In this document: piece after piece, positions 36,185-38,597 of the stretch
Position numbering within the stretch: position 1 is the stretch's first letter
Layout of the letters: every line of letters starts with the position of its first letter
DNA from: Octopus bimaculoides
Taxonomy: Eukaryota
NCBI RefSeq assembly: GCF_001194135.2
Contig: NC_068983.1
Coordinates: 166,539,300-166,577,896 of the forward strand
Direction: 5' to 3'
DNA: 38,597 nucleotides
Translations under genes and position numbers: made by a program
Notes under the pieces: model-generated
Databases searched by the model: none
What the model was told of the DNA's origin: nothing
What the model saw: the letters and a program-made list of their open reading frames with translations, nothing else

Positions 36185-36390
36185 TTGTGTGTCTGTGTTT
36201 GTCCCCCCCCCCCAACATCGCTTGACAACCGATGCTGTTGTGTTTACGTCCCAGTAATTTAGCGGTTCGGCAAAAGAGACCGATAGAATAAGTACTAGGC
36301 TTACAAACAATAAGTCCTGGGGTTCGTTTGCTCGACTAAAGGCGGTGTTCCAGCATGGCCACAGTCAAATGAGTGAAAGAAGTGAAAGAG
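35955..36390 (+). mobile_element. SINE family A, full-length, with internal (TA)n(TG)n tract of about 70 bp
   Basis: A-box TGGCTGAGTGG, B-box GGTTCAGTCCC, complete tail. Confidence 0.9.
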
Positions 36391-36614
36391 TAAGCAATGG
36401 ATAGCAGACGATTTTATTACGTAAACTATTTCTGTTACTTCATTTTGATAAAAAGAATATATTTGTCATTCAATTAACAGAAGTTACAGGAATAATACAA
36501 TAATGATACAAGAAATTTAGTCTAACAATAAGAATATAAATAATTCAGTTTCTAAAACAGAAAAATATCGCAGTTTTAAGAAAACCTTATTTAGCACATG
36601 CTCAGTGTTGACAT

Positions 36615-36680
36615 CCGGAAATAATAAGTTTCACTTCCGGTAAGGCGGTTTACTTCCGGTCTTATTTAATGGCCGACATC
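36615..36680. promoter_or_regulatory. Probable housekeeping-type core promoter: three ETS motifs plus a YY1-like site
   Basis: CCGGAAAT at 36615, ACTTCCGGT at 36633 and 36652, AATGGCCGAC at 36668. Six CpG in about 70 bp of unique, otherwise CpG-poor DNA. Confidence 0.6.
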
Positions 36681-36896
36681 GGCTGTTGATCAATTTTGGG
36701 TGAATTCTCCTGATTTAGTTCAGGAATATAGAAATATATATATTTATTTAACACAGCATTCCAAGTTCGGTTTATTTTCTAACAGTAATATTTTTTTCAT
36801 ATTCAATCTAAAAGGTTTCCAACAGATTTGGAACCCAATTAAACACCCGACAACTCATTAATTACAATAACATAACAAAAAAACCTTCCAACTTGT

Positions 36897-36924
36897 ATGG
36901 TTTTGATACAAAGAAAATCTCTGG
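36897..36924 (+). other. Candidate 3' part of an early exon (possible start MVLIQRKSL) ending at a strong donor
   Basis: CTGG|GTAAGT at 36924/36925, about 250 bp downstream of the ETS cluster. The ATG at 36897 is only a candidate. Confidence 0.3.
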
Positions 36925-37984
36925 GTAAGTTCTACTTATTGTTTTAAATATCTTACGTTTACTAAATCCATCGTAACTGAAACTAGAACCCCTCAATTAG
37001 AAACGTGTTTGTTTTTGAGTTTAAACAATGGTGTTGAGGTTTTAGTTTCAGTTTGAAATGCTTTGAGGATGTTTTGTGTTGAAATATTTGGTTAAATATA
37101 TTAAACCGCCGCAATTTATGTTCGTTTAAATTTTATTTTAGTACTGTGTTGTTAAAATAATGTATGTATAATATGTATGTATTGAAGGTGTTGACTTTAA
37201 AACAGTCACATGTTTGTGTTTACTTAAAGTAAACAAGAACCCGAAAAATGAGAAAACCTGAAGTGTTAATGTTTTTACAGAAGAACTAAATGAATTGACA
37301 CGCGTATATGTGGAGTGTGTTATTGTTTTCTTTATTGATTCAATAACGGTAAACCGTCACGTCGAGGCTGACTCAGCGCAGGAACCGCTATACGGACTTT
37401 CGACTTGCTAGAAATTGCAGTCAAACTCCTCTAAATCACAACCACCATCGTCTTAAAAATATGCACTTAATTTATGTAATTCAAAGGAAGGTGAGATTGT
37501 CATGGCTGGAATGCTTTTAATATCACTGCCCCACCAGTTAGACCAGACGGTATAGAAGAACCATGATGCTGAAAATAGCCGCTATTCTTCGGGTCCTTGA
37601 GACTGCCTTAACCGATACAAAGTGCTAGAAAAGTTTGTTTTCTGTTAATTACCCCCACCCTTGTCTCCCGCCCAACACCAGTATCTATTAGATTCTAATT
37701 CTTTGACTTAAAAAATATATTAGTATTTCATTCTAAGATAGTCTAGGAGCTTCTTGTTACCATACTCTGCGAGAAATTCCTTTTTCATAATGCTCAATTT
37801 GATGTAACATTCTAAGATAACCTCACCTCTCGCCCTTGTCTGTGTTGTCAAGGTAACCAGTTTTTAAAAATTTATTGATTATCGATTTTGAAAACTCTTT
37901 CTGAGTAAATGTTAAGCTAAGTTTAAAGTAAATTACGGTTGCATTTACCAACCCCTGATCCACCCTTGATGTGTGGTGCGACTT

Positions 37985-38150
37985 TTGAGTGGGTTATCGT
38001 CTTAACGTGCACTTGGCTTATGCTTACATGGATCAGAGGAATTCGTTGGGGGTGGGTTTTCTATGGCTGGATGCCCTTACTCTCGTCAACCGTCACCCAT
38101 TTCCAAGCAAGGCAATACTTTCGTTTGCAACTACCGTGCGATGTCAACAC
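37985..38150 (-). mobile_element. Family D retro-element, diverged
   Basis: ttttctatggctggatgccc...ttccaagcaaggcaata. Confidence 0.55.
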
Positions 38151-38169
38151 GAGGAGACACAAACACATG

Positions 38170-38330
38170 CACACATACACGACAGGGTTCTTTCAGTTCC
38201 ATCTACCAAATCCACCCACAAGGCTTTGGGTGGCCCAAGGCTACAGCAGAAGATATTTGGCCAAGGTATTGTGAGACTGAACCTGAAACCATGTGGTTAG
38301 GAACTGAACTTCCTAACCATGCAGCCATGT
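38170..38330 (-). mobile_element. SINE family A head
   Basis: ttctttcagttccatctaccaaatccacccacaagg...gactgaacc. Confidence 0.8.
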
Positions 38331-38354
38331 ATGTTCCTTATGCATACATACACA

Positions 38355-38390
<36 letters not shown>

Positions 38391-38393
<3 letters not shown>

Positions 38394-38597
38394 TCATCAT
38401 CATCATCATCATCATCATCGTCGTTTAACGTCCGCTTTCCATGCTAGCATGGGTTGGACGATTTGACTGAGGACTGGTGAAACCGGATGGCAACACCAGG
38501 CTCCAGTCTGATTTGGCAGAGTTTCTACAGCTGGATGCCCTTCCTAACGCCAACCACTCAGAGAGTGTAGTGGGTGCTTTTACGTGTCACCCGCACG
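38391..38597 (-). mobile_element. Young RTE-type 3' end (runs off the window)
   Basis: Reverse complement is identical to the 2206 copy over the shared length. Tail abuts (TA)n. Confidence 0.9.

Noticed and set aside
247-38428. Most ORF-track entries (poly-CV/HT/YI/I/S/H/E/D peptides and X-runs)
   Set aside because: They are translations of microsatellites or N gaps, open in several frames and on both strands, with no coding signal.

Overview
AT-rich animal DNA from a short-read draft assembly: eight N-gaps totalling about 2.7 kb, nearly all beside microsatellites. The repeat landscape looks like Octopus (my recognition, not a database result). I can identify no intact protein-coding gene, RNA gene or CRISPR array, and most ORF-track entries are microsatellite or N-run artefacts. 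The window is mostly a transposon graveyard. It holds three tRNA-derived SINE families, many 3' ends of an RTE-type LINE ending in (GAT)n (some copies near-identical, so very young), an R4/Dong-type endonuclease fragment and an RT fragment. DNA transposons include a full-length decayed D,D34D mariner with both TIRs (21326-22584), a split maT-like transposase, a rosa/DUF4817-like Tc1-mariner and a Chapaev3-like transposase. Non-TE signals are a 50-bp minisatellite carrying a conserved inverted repeat (797-1265) and a CpG-rich triple-ETS plus YY1-like promoter (36615-36680) with a strong downstream splice donor. The best leads are that array, the young RTE burst with its conserved terminal palindrome, and TE mosaics fused at microhomologies. 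I found no convincing evidence of a wholly new biological system.
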